Shown here: in pieces, positions 1 to 7,349 of the stretch | Layout of the letters: each line of letters starts with the position of its first letter | Position numbering within the stretch: the stretch's first letter is position 1 | Origin: Alphaproteobacteria bacterium | GTDB lineage: Bacteria > Pseudomonadota > Alphaproteobacteria > Caedimonadales > UBA1908 | Length of the DNA stretch: 64,000 nt | Assembly (NCBI GenBank): GCA_021298595.1 | Contig: JAJTHL010000004.1 | Location: 10,070-74,069, forward strand | Direction: 5' to 3' | Position numbers and translations under genes: made by a program | Notes under the pieces: generated by a model | Databases searched by the model: none | Told to the model about the DNA's origin: nothing | What the model saw: only the letters and a program-made list of their open reading frames with translations

Positions 1-221
1 ACTGTTTCCCCCTGCCAAAGCCCTTCAAAAGAAGGAGGCGCTGCGTCCCGGCACCTCAGGACCGATTGATATTTTCGGTGCTTTTGACTTCCTGTAAAAA
101 CAAGACTGCCGTTGACAGTACGCCTAAATTCGCCTGTTTTGAGGGGGGTAAGTGTTTGCTGGCATCCCCTTGCTGAATATGGGGGAAATCCTCCCCTACT
201 TAAGACCAGTTGTGTTTCCAT
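1..221 (-). CDS. Phage/GTA tail-region protein (candidate distal-tail/baseplate component), truncated by window edge
   Basis: Not in the ORF track. Manual translation from ATG 221 gives an open frame METQLVLSRGGFPPYSARGCQQTLTPLKTGEFRRTVNGSLVFTG...PPSFEGLWQGET to the edge. The PPYSARG/RRTVNG pattern recalls alphaproteobacterial phage tail genes. Collinear with the neck genes. Confidence 0.6.
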   Translation of the reverse strand, partial: METQLVLSRGGFPPYSARGCQQTLTPLKTGEFRRTVNGSLVFTGSQKHRKYQSVLRCRDAAPPSFEGLWQGET

Positions 222-228
222 GGGGTTG

Positions 229-417
229 CTACCACTTCACCCACCGGGGCATGGTAAGGGGCGTTGTCAAGGCTTGTTGACGCAGATACCCCTCAAGAGC
301 TCTGACGACGCCATCTTCTGTGACTTGTGCATTTTCCTCTTCCAAAGTAATGCCCGTTCTTGGTGCAATTTTCAAAGGTTTTTCTTTTGGTTTATCTGTG
401 ATTTTCGTAGATGACAT
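229..417 (-). CDS. Small 62-aa protein in GTA-like operon (possible vestigial tape-measure C-terminus)
   Basis: GGAGG RBS upstream of ATG 417 (alternative ATG 423). Tightly packed between neck and tail genes. Ends VRALEGYLRQQALTTPLTMPRWVKW. Confidence 0.55.
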   Translation of the reverse strand: MSSTKITDKPKEKPLKIAPRTGITLEEENAQVTEDGVVRALEGYLRQQALTTPLTMPRWVKW

Positions 418-419
418 TT

Positions 420-800
420 TCATCCCTCCACAAGTATTTGAGACAGGCGTACAAGCCAATCCATGGTTGTTTGTTTTAAAAGTTGATCTTTGACCATCTG
501 GGTTTTAATCTCCAAAAGCCTGTAGCTTTCAAGCCTTGCGCTTGGCATCTCAAGTCCTTGCTTTAGATGATCTATAAGTTCTGTCGTTTGCTGACTTCCC
601 CGGTACTGCGTCACCAGCATGACCGAAAACGGGATACTCACAAAGGGCTCTCCTACCATGCCTTTGACCTCTCCCACCGATAAAAGGCCATAAGGGTAAG
701 GGGTGCCTGCGGGTATATGGGTAAATACACCCGTCAATTTTGAGCCTGCCAAAGCCCGCATCTTTTCCAATAAATATTTTTCAAAGAGAAGACTCTTCAT
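420..800 (-). CDS. DUF3168-like tail terminator/completion protein (RcGTA g8-like)
   Basis: GVFTHIPAGTPYPYGLL motif, ~126 aa, position after head-closure gene. GAGGAGG RBS before ATG 800. Confidence 0.65.
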   Translation of the reverse strand: MKSLLFEKYLLEKMRALAGSKLTGVFTHIPAGTPYPYGLLSVGEVKGMVGEPFVSIPFSVMLVTQYRGSQQTTELIDHLKQGLEMPSARLESYRLLEIKTQMVKDQLLKQTTMDWLVRLSQILVEG

Positions 801-1155
801 ATTGTTCCTCCTCGAGATGACGACAAGCCCAGAAAAAGTCATATCCTTTGTCGGCGATGGTCACATCTTCACTGAGGACTGAAAAAATGGCTTTCTTCCA
901 ACTAAATCGCTCAAAGGGTTTTCTTTTGGGATCGCTCTTTAATTTCAAACCGTATAGGGCGCGTTTTTTAGGCAACACCCCGTCTTCAATACCTTGCATG
1001 GACGTGAGCGACGGCAAAAAACGGTCCATGTGATGAAGCACTCCCCACCGTTCTTCGTGGGGATGCCAAGTTTCTTGAAAGCCTCCGTATTCATCGGGCA
1101 CCAAGGTACGCCGCACAAGGCGCACGCGCACGTGCAGTGACTTTTTCAAAGCCAT
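781..1155 (-). CDS. Phage head-closure / head-tail adaptor protein (RcGTA g7-like)
   Basis: RVRLVRRTLVPDEYGGFQETW N-terminal motif typical of head-tail joining proteins; synteny. Confidence 0.75.
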   Translation of the reverse strand: MALKKSLHVRVRLVRRTLVPDEYGGFQETWHPHEERWGVLHHMDRFLPSLTSMQGIEDGVLPKKRALYGLKLKSDPKRKPFERFSWKKAIFSVLSEDVTIADKGYDFFWACRHLEEEQYEESSL

Positions 1156-1185
1156 GAGTTTGTCCTTTTAACGTTTTGAGAGTAG

Positions 1186-1809
1186 CTACGCCAGAAACCG
1201 TTGCATCCGGTAGGGTTTGATCAGCTGTATCACAGGCCCGCTTAGCGGCATGGGAATAAGCCCTGCATCGTTGGCAGCCCCCCTCGCCTCATAAAGGTTG
1301 GCCGCTGTCATCAAGACTCCTTGCCGCAGGGGTTCAGGCACCTCTTCGGGGTCTGCGCCGTATCCTGCCCAAAACTTGACCTCGACGTTTTCTTGAGGAT
1401 CACTCATGTCAGACACGTGAAGACGCGCAACCCTACCCGCTGTATCAAGGCGGTACTGGGTAATTTCCTTGTCACCCGCTCCTGTTTTCAGCTGAGGTTT
1501 CCCAATTAGCTCTAGAAACGGTGATCTTGGCAGTTCAATCCCTCCAACTGCCCGGCTATGGCTTTGATTCAGATAGCTGCCATCACTTCTAGCGGCGGCA
1601 AATCCTGCGTTAAACGTAAAAGTCCAGGCTTGCTTGATAAGAGACCTTCCTGTGTATGATTCGATTCCTTGCCGTGCTGTTTTAATTAAACGCCCAATCA
1701 ACTCGTCTTCTATATCGCTGTCCACGTGCAGGAAGATTTTTGCCTGCAAAAGACTAATTGGTTCACGCTCTGGCGCTTGTTGTTGTCTCAGACCCATGAG
1801 CCTACTCAT
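1186..1809 (-). CDS. Head-tail connector protein (gp6-like, RcGTA g6-like)
   Basis: EPISLLQAK.FLHVD..EDELI..LI.TAR..IE.YTGR.LI.Q.W and AGYG...VPEPLRQGVL motifs. Confidence 0.88.
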   Translation of the reverse strand: MSRLMGLRQQQAPEREPISLLQAKIFLHVDSDIEDELIGRLIKTARQGIESYTGRSLIKQAWTFTFNAGFAAARSDGSYLNQSHSRAVGGIELPRSPFLELIGKPQLKTGAGDKEITQYRLDTAGRVARLHVSDMSDPQENVEVKFWAGYGADPEEVPEPLRQGVLMTAANLYEARGAANDAGLIPMPLSGPVIQLIKPYRMQRFLA

Positions 1810-1840
1810 TCTTCTGTTCCTTTCTTACTATGAACGAGCA

Positions 1841-1876
1841 AAGGCGGCGACTCAAGTCTTCATGGATCGCCGCCTT
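1841..1876 (-). terminator. Stem-loop downstream of major capsid gene (weak terminator or mRNA stabiliser)
   Basis: AAGGCGGCGA...TCGCCGCCTT 10-bp inverted repeat, short U tract. Confidence 0.55.
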
Positions 1877-1888
1877 CCTCAAGATACA

Positions 1889-3025
1889 TTACGCTTGGAA
1901 GCGTACCATCTTGAGCGCGTTAAAATTCAACACGTCTCCGCCCACACGTCTGACAGTGTAGAACTCCACGTAAGGCTTGGCACTGTAAGGATCTCTCAAA
2001 ACATAGGTCCCTGCCCGGTCAACAATTTGATAAGCTTCTTTGAAGTTACCAAAAACGATGGACGTACTGGCGGTTCCAGAAACAAGTTCTGGCATGCCTT
2101 CAACAATCACAACAGGATATCCAAGCAGGGTTTCGGGGGCCCCTTGGGAAAGGGCTGGATTCCACAAAAACTGACCATTTTGATCCTTCAAACGACGGAT
2201 TGCCCCGTGCGCTGAGGCTGACATGACCCAAACGGCTTCTTTTGCATATTGGGGATCAAGGGCTTCCATGGTACGCATCAAAACGTCTGCGCCATTTTCA
2301 TCTGTAAAGGCACCGTCTACACCCGTCTTCACGTGCTCAAATGTATCTGCTGCCAAATCTGCTTTTAAAGTACTTGCATAAGAAAGGAATCCTTTGGGCT
2401 TTTGTTGACCATCACCCGCAATAAAGGCAGCGTTCTCAAGCTGGGCCATGCGTCTTGCGATTTTCTGGGAAAGCCAAGCTTCCACGTCAATCAAAGAATC
2501 CTCTAAAAGCTTTTGCGTCGCGCGAGGCCTTGCATACAACTCGTTAACGGCAATACGCTTTTTCACAAGCTTTGGTGTCCCGGTTTCGGCGCGCTCCCCG
2601 GTTTCCGCAACCCAACCCGCTTCTTCACCACTTTGACTCAGAAGAATTTCGACAGCGCTCGCGGACACCGTCATGACACTGGCAAGTTGCCTAATGGAGG
2701 AAAGCCCTTGCAGATCACGGCGCAGGTTTTCAGACAAAACCTGGGGCACGAGATAGCCGCCGTCCACATCAGAGCCCGTACTTAGGCTTTTAGTACAAGA
2801 AAGGCTCAAAAGTGCTTTGTCATCACCTTTCCTAAGGTACGATTGAAAGGCCTGCTTGTGGGCAAGGGATTCCTCCGAGGTGTCAGTCTGCGCTTCCCAA
2901 GACAGACCGGGACGAGCGCTTGACAAAAATCTCTTTTCAAGCTGCGTCACCCGCGCTTGCTGAGCCTGTTTAAAAGACTCAAAAGATTTTGTCAGTTCTT
3001 GAACCGACGATACTACTTTATCCAT
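1889..3025 (-). CDS. HK97-fold major capsid protein (RcGTA g5-like)
   Basis: DGGYLVP, GWVAE, P.ATQKLLEDS and LRDPYSAKPYVEFY..RRVGG motifs. Confidence 0.95.
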   Translation of the reverse strand: MDKVVSSVQELTKSFESFKQAQQARVTQLEKRFLSSARPGLSWEAQTDTSEESLAHKQAFQSYLRKGDDKALLSLSCTKSLSTGSDVDGGYLVPQVLSENLRRDLQGLSSIRQLASVMTVSASAVEILLSQSGEEAGWVAETGERAETGTPKLVKKRIAVNELYARPRATQKLLEDSLIDVEAWLSQKIARRMAQLENAAFIAGDGQQKPKGFLSYASTLKADLAADTFEHVKTGVDGAFTDENGADVLMRTMEALDPQYAKEAVWVMSASAHGAIRRLKDQNGQFLWNPALSQGAPETLLGYPVVIVEGMPELVSGTASTSIVFGNFKEAYQIVDRAGTYVLRDPYSAKPYVEFYTVRRVGGDVLNFNALKMVRFQA

Positions 3026-3115
3026 ACAAACCTCCTGTTTTATATACTTTTATATGAATCAATTTTTTTTGATCCTGATTTTATTAATGATCATTATCCC
3101 TTTTTTGTACAACTA

Positions 3116-3661
3116 TTATTCGCAGCTTAAAACGCGAATGGCATTTTGGATGCTGGCGAAAAGTTCCTGGGTATAATGATCATAGGTTTTCTTTGCAAGT
3201 CCTTTCACAGCGGTGATTTTCGCCTGCGTATTGGCGGCAAAGGTGACAAGAGAGATTTCCATCAACGACACTTCTTCCAGGTGCCTCACTTTTTCTTCGG
3301 CGTTATAGGACGCTTTCACGACTTGACACCCGATGGAAAGTCCTGTCACGACCCCACGCTTCATAAGGGTGTGCGCCTCCTTGGCTTTTTGCAGATCTAA
3401 AAGCAGCTGCCCTTGGACATACAGGCCCTTGTGGTCTTCTTCAACAATCTGCCACACACCAATGGGCTCTTGGGGATTATGTTGCCACAACATTTTGGGC
3501 AGCGCGTCCCTTGCAAGAGTGTCACGAAACGCCCCGTGTATGACGCGGTCTTTTTGTTGATCCACGTGGTCGAATACGCTGGCATATCCTGAGAATGATC
3601 CCTCTTCTTCCAACCGGTCAAGGGCAAGATTACTTTTCAAAATGAGATGATGTTGAGACAT
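3116..3661 (-). CDS. HK97-family prohead protease (RcGTA g4-like)
   Basis: FSGYASVF, MLWQH, PIGVW, GLSIG and EISLVTFAAN motifs. Confidence 0.95.
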   Translation of the reverse strand: MSQHHLILKSNLALDRLEEEGSFSGYASVFDHVDQQKDRVIHGAFRDTLARDALPKMLWQHNPQEPIGVWQIVEEDHKGLYVQGQLLLDLQKAKEAHTLMKRGVVTGLSIGCQVVKASYNAEEKVRHLEEVSLMEISLVTFAANTQAKITAVKGLAKKTYDHYTQELFASIQNAIRVLSCE

Positions 3662-3707
3662 GTCAACCTCCTGTTTATCTTTTCTATGCTCGATTTTTTA
3701 TTTTTTA

Positions 3708-4910
3708 TTAGCTTTCTAGGACATCGCCTCCCTCAAGGGGCGGATATCCCATGGCTTTTCTTTTTTCGTTGAGGGTTAGGAACGTGGCGCCTGCGTACTT
3801 GGACCAGATTTCTTCTCGACGTGGTGCCAAGGCTGGGATTGCGTCAAGGTTGTATCCAAGGCGTAATCCCGGACCAAAGGCAGGGCAAAGCCAGGCATTA
3901 AATTCATCAATGATGTGATCCAACAGGGGAAGGATTGTATCCTCCCACAGGTGGTAGCGCGCTTCGCGGTAGTTAGAAAAGGTTGCATCGCCCGGCACAC
4001 CCACAAGCATCGGCGGCACACCATACGCTTGAGCGATTTCACGCGCTGACAGCTTTTTTCCTTCAATAAAATCCAGATCTCGTGGGGACAGGCCCATTTC
4101 CTTCCACTGGAAATCGCCCTCCAAGACCATGACGCGTCCAGCATTATGCTCTCCTTCATAAAATGTTCGCAGTGTGTTTTTAAGCTCATGACGCTCGTCT
4201 TCAGACAAGGCCCTTTCATGGGGGGTGCTTGCGCCAACAATCAAAGCGCCCGACGGACGCCCGCCGTTTTGCAACAACGCCAAGTTGTGGCTGGCCACGG
4301 TGTTGTGTTGATCAATGGCGCAGGCAGCTGCTTCTAAGGGGCTCATTCCATACCAGTCATTGAGCGGATGAAAAAGCTTCAAATGCATGACGTTGGTGCT
4401 TCCCTCTGTCGACTTTAGAATCACCGTTTGACCATTGACGCTATACTCATACCCTTGGGGCGTGCCAGAGCGCCCTGGCACCACACGTACCCTATCGGGT
4501 CGCAGCGCGTATAGCTCACCAATCCTCCCGTCTACAAGACGCATGGCTTCAATGTAACTATTACCAGAAAGGAGCAAATAGGAGGCCACATTCTCCATAA
4601 AGGCGGCTCCCGCTTGCAAATCATTCGGCGCGTGCAGTAGATCTAGCAACGGATGCGTTACAAGCTCGTGGTGATCTGCATAAAGACGCCACGGCACGCT
4701 TGCAACCCCACGTGCAATCAAATTTACTGCCCGGTACACAATCACGTTGCGTTTGTATCCCTCTTCAGACAACCGGTCATAACGTCTTGGGGTCCACACG
4801 GGTTGCCCCACACTTTGATAGGCCATAAGGGGGGCGGCCGCACTTGCTTTTTGGATGGGAGGATCTTCAGTTTTTGTCTGTTTCTTCCATAACGCTTTTA
4901 ACTTCTTCAT
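3708..4910 (-). CDS. HK97-family portal protein (RcGTA g3-like)
   Basis: LRPDRV, HPLNDWYGMSPL, NGGRPSGAL and GVPPMLVGVPGDATFSNY motifs. Confidence 0.95.
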   Translation of the reverse strand: MKKLKALWKKQTKTEDPPIQKASAAAPLMAYQSVGQPVWTPRRYDRLSEEGYKRNVIVYRAVNLIARGVASVPWRLYADHHELVTHPLLDLLHAPNDLQAGAAFMENVASYLLLSGNSYIEAMRLVDGRIGELYALRPDRVRVVPGRSGTPQGYEYSVNGQTVILKSTEGSTNVMHLKLFHPLNDWYGMSPLEAAACAIDQHNTVASHNLALLQNGGRPSGALIVGASTPHERALSEDERHELKNTLRTFYEGEHNAGRVMVLEGDFQWKEMGLSPRDLDFIEGKKLSAREIAQAYGVPPMLVGVPGDATFSNYREARYHLWEDTILPLLDHIIDEFNAWLCPAFGPGLRLGYNLDAIPALAPRREEIWSKYAGATFLTLNEKRKAMGYPPLEGGDVLES

Positions 4911-4934
4911 AAAAGACTCCTAATAAAGGCCAAT

Positions 4935-4965
4935 AAAAAAGGGCCCCGTTTAAAACGAGACCCTT
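4935..4965 (-). terminator. Intrinsic terminator between ABC substrate-binding gene and portal gene
   Basis: Minus strand GGGTCTCGTT-TTA-AACGGGGCCC followed by TTTTTT. Confidence 0.8.
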
Positions 4966-5021
4966 ATACTTGGGGGAGTATGTCTTTTTTTTAGAGATTA
5001 TCCCATCTAAAGAAAAGTATT

Positions 5022-5990
5022 TTATTTGATCACTTTCGTTGCTTTCTTTAAGAGTTCTTGTGAAATGGTAATACCCAGAAAATTAGCTGCTTTTTGATTC
5101 AAAATCAGCTCTTTATTTTTAGGGTATTCCACAGGGTTTGCGCTGACAGGCGCACCTTTTAAAAGGCGCGCGACCATGGCACCCGTCTGTCTACCAAGGA
5201 CATACTGATCGGGGCCAAGGGCAGCCAGGGCCCCTTTTTCCACAATATCCGCATCACTGACAAACAAGGGCACCTTGTATTGCTGCGACACGCTCACGAT
5301 GGCCTCAAAGGCAGAAAGAGCAGTATTATCGTTACTCACAAAAAGGGCGTCCACTTTGCCCACTAAGCTTTTGGCAGCTTGCCCCACGTCACTGGACTTA
5401 AAGGCCGCCCCTTGAAGAAGTGTCACGCCTTTTTCGTCGGCGATTTTCTCAAGACGCTTGTAGATCTCAAGGGAATTCGCTTCTCCAGGATTCAAAACAA
5501 CCCCAAGGGTTTTCAAGTTTGGCACCAGCTCCAAAAAAAGGGATAGCTGATCCTCAAGGGGGGTAAAATTAGAGGCACCAGTGATATTCCCCTCAGGCGT
5601 CTTTAAGTCTTTGACAAGTTTTGCGCCTTCTGGGTCTGTCACGCTGGAAAATACCACAGGAATTTTCTCTTCCACCGTTGCTTTGGTACAAGCTTGGGCC
5701 ATAGAGGTGCCAAGAGCCACAATGATCGAGGCCTTTTGTCCCACGCATTTTTGCGCAATTTGCGTGGCAAGGGCAGGCTGACCTTGTGCAATATCAATTT
5801 GGATTGTTGCGGTATCTGGATCTTGAAACCCTTGGGCGGCAAGTTCGTCGATGATGCCACGCTGGGTCTTATCAAGGGCGGGGTGCGCCACAATTTGGGT
5901 CACACAAATTAGAGGGGAATCGGCAAAAGAAGGCGTCAGGGTGGTAAGACTAATAAGACTTGCAAGGGCTGTAGAAAGAACGTAACGCAT
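5022..5990 (-). CDS. ABC transporter substrate-binding protein (ABC_sub_bind, aromatic amino-acid-binding type), orphan
   Basis: Signal peptide; QIVAHPALD, PVVFSSVTDP, NITG.S and NPGEANS motifs. Confidence 0.9.
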   Translation of the reverse strand: MRYVLSTALASLISLTTLTPSFADSPLICVTQIVAHPALDKTQRGIIDELAAQGFQDPDTATIQIDIAQGQPALATQIAQKCVGQKASIIVALGTSMAQACTKATVEEKIPVVFSSVTDPEGAKLVKDLKTPEGNITGASNFTPLEDQLSLFLELVPNLKTLGVVLNPGEANSLEIYKRLEKIADEKGVTLLQGAAFKSSDVGQAAKSLVGKVDALFVSNDNTALSAFEAIVSVSQQYKVPLFVSDADIVEKGALAALGPDQYVLGRQTGAMVARLLKGAPVSANPVEYPKNKELILNQKAANFLGITISQELLKKATKVIK

Positions 5991-6072
5991 TATAATAACT
6001 CCTAATCATACTGAAATTTTGACTTTTTATTTGTTCACTTAGTCGATGATGAGGATGATAATGGTGTCGCAT
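5950..6072 (-). promoter_or_regulatory. His-rich leader ORF (40 aa) overlapping the start of the substrate-binding gene
   Basis: AAGGAG RBS, then MRHHYHPHHRL... with 5 His in the first 9 codons. Confidence 0.6.
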
Positions 6073-6117
6073 GGCTGTCTCCTTAAATGATACGTCAATA
6101 AGCCTAAAGGCTTTCTT

Positions 6118-6146
6118 AAGATACGGATCCCTTTCCCAAAAGTCAA
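6118..6146 (-). promoter_or_regulatory. Sigma70-type promoter
   Basis: TTGACT-N17-TATCTT on minus strand upstream of the leader ORF. Confidence 0.6.
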
Positions 6147-6215
6147 CACTCGGGCAATTGTGCGTCTGCATGTTTTGAAGTCTATCCAGGATCAGTACCG
6201 TGATTTATCTTTTTT

Positions 6216-7130
6216 CTAGTTGGATGAGAGCAAAATATAAGCTTCTTCTGGCGTCAAGTATTCCTGTGCAAAAACTTTGTTTGATTCCTTATAGTACTCG
6301 ACAATTTCTTTTCTTAGCTCCGCAGAGATGAGAGACGATGTACCGTAAGACCTAAACTTGTCGGATAATAATATAAGTTGCTCAACGATCATTTCTCGTG
6401 TACCAAAAACTGCCTCCTTAAAAAGTCCCGCACGATCCATGGAGAGTAATAAGGAAGAAAAATCAGGGCTCAGGCTAACGTTTAACTTTGTTGTAGGTTT
6501 CAACATCTCCATTGCATTGATATCAATGAGGTGATAGAAATCATCAAGTACATCAAATGTATCGTCACGAGGATGATATAACCGTGCCTTGATTTTCTCT
6601 TTTCCAAAAGTTTCTCTCCACGGTTTAAGGATCGTCGTAAAGTCATAGAGGATGCGCGTGTTTTCAAAAAAGCAATCAACGCCTGCAAGATAGTTTACTT
6701 CTCCCGTTAAAGGCATGCTATCAAATGTCATGTTCATCGCCTGATGCGTATGATAAACACTTTCAATCAAAGATACTTGTTCTCTGACATAAGAAAGCAC
6801 AATCACCTCATGGAATTCTTGACAAAATGCTTTCATAGCGTCCGAAGGGATTGAAAAGAGCTCCGAACTTAACACAACAGAATGACATTCATATTCTTTC
6901 TGCTCTGCCAGAATCTCCCAGTAGATCTCTGTTTCCTTGAGCGAGTCTTTGCATGATGCAAGTCCATGATGCGCAAGTCCATTTCCTATACCCATCGTTC
7001 CAGCCTTGGGATAAAGGATGCCCTTATTTTTCAATAGCGGTCTGCTTTGAGACAGGCTTGCTTGTATACTTGTCGTCCCTGTTTTTCCAAGCCCAATATG
7101 TATATAGAGCTTTTTTAGAAAAGAAGACAT
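6216..7130 (-). CDS. Sulfotransferase-like P-loop protein
   Basis: YIHIGLGKTGTTSIQ, VVLSSELF and YVREQ motifs; AT-rich. Confidence 0.7.
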   Translation of the reverse strand: MSSFLKKLYIHIGLGKTGTTSIQASLSQSRPLLKNKGILYPKAGTMGIGNGLAHHGLASCKDSLKETEIYWEILAEQKEYECHSVVLSSELFSIPSDAMKAFCQEFHEVIVLSYVREQVSLIESVYHTHQAMNMTFDSMPLTGEVNYLAGVDCFFENTRILYDFTTILKPWRETFGKEKIKARLYHPRDDTFDVLDDFYHLIDINAMEMLKPTTKLNVSLSPDFSSLLLSMDRAGLFKEAVFGTREMIVEQLILLSDKFRSYGTSSLISAELRKEIVEYYKESNKVFAQEYLTPEEAYILLSSN

Positions 7131-7245
7131 TTATCAAACCTCTTAATAGAAAATGCTTTTATTGTCAAAATATGCCTATTATTATCACAAGTAGCAAAAG
7201 AAAGCTATCTATACATGCTGTTGTTTTTCATATTTTGATTATATC

Positions 7246-7260
7246 TTAACCTAGGATTAA
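7246..7260. promoter_or_regulatory. Candidate CtrA binding site
   Basis: TTAA-CCTAGGA-TTAA matches TTAA-N7-TTAA; the AT-rich context raises the chance-match risk. Confidence 0.4.
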
Positions 7261-7349
7261 TTTGTTTGTGATGATACGGGATCCGCCGCTTTTGGGGTTC
7301 AAATGATGAGCATCTTGCCTGAGAAAGGTAAATTTTATATTCATTCTCT

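Larger units (their letters stand above)
1..4910 (-). mobile_element. Gene transfer agent-like structural module (domesticated phage head and neck genes), continues beyond left edge
   Basis: RcGTA-like order portal-protease-capsid-connector-adaptor-terminator. ORFs are intact with strong RBSs. No integrase, replication or repressor genes nearby. Confidence 0.75.

Noticed and set aside
1634..2215. 193-aa plus-strand ORF
   Set aside because: Antisense shadow of the capsid and connector genes with no recognisable motifs.
1..4910. Active temperate prophage
   Set aside because: No integrase, repressor, replication or lysis genes and no att repeat in the window. A GTA-like module fits better, though the left flank is unseen.
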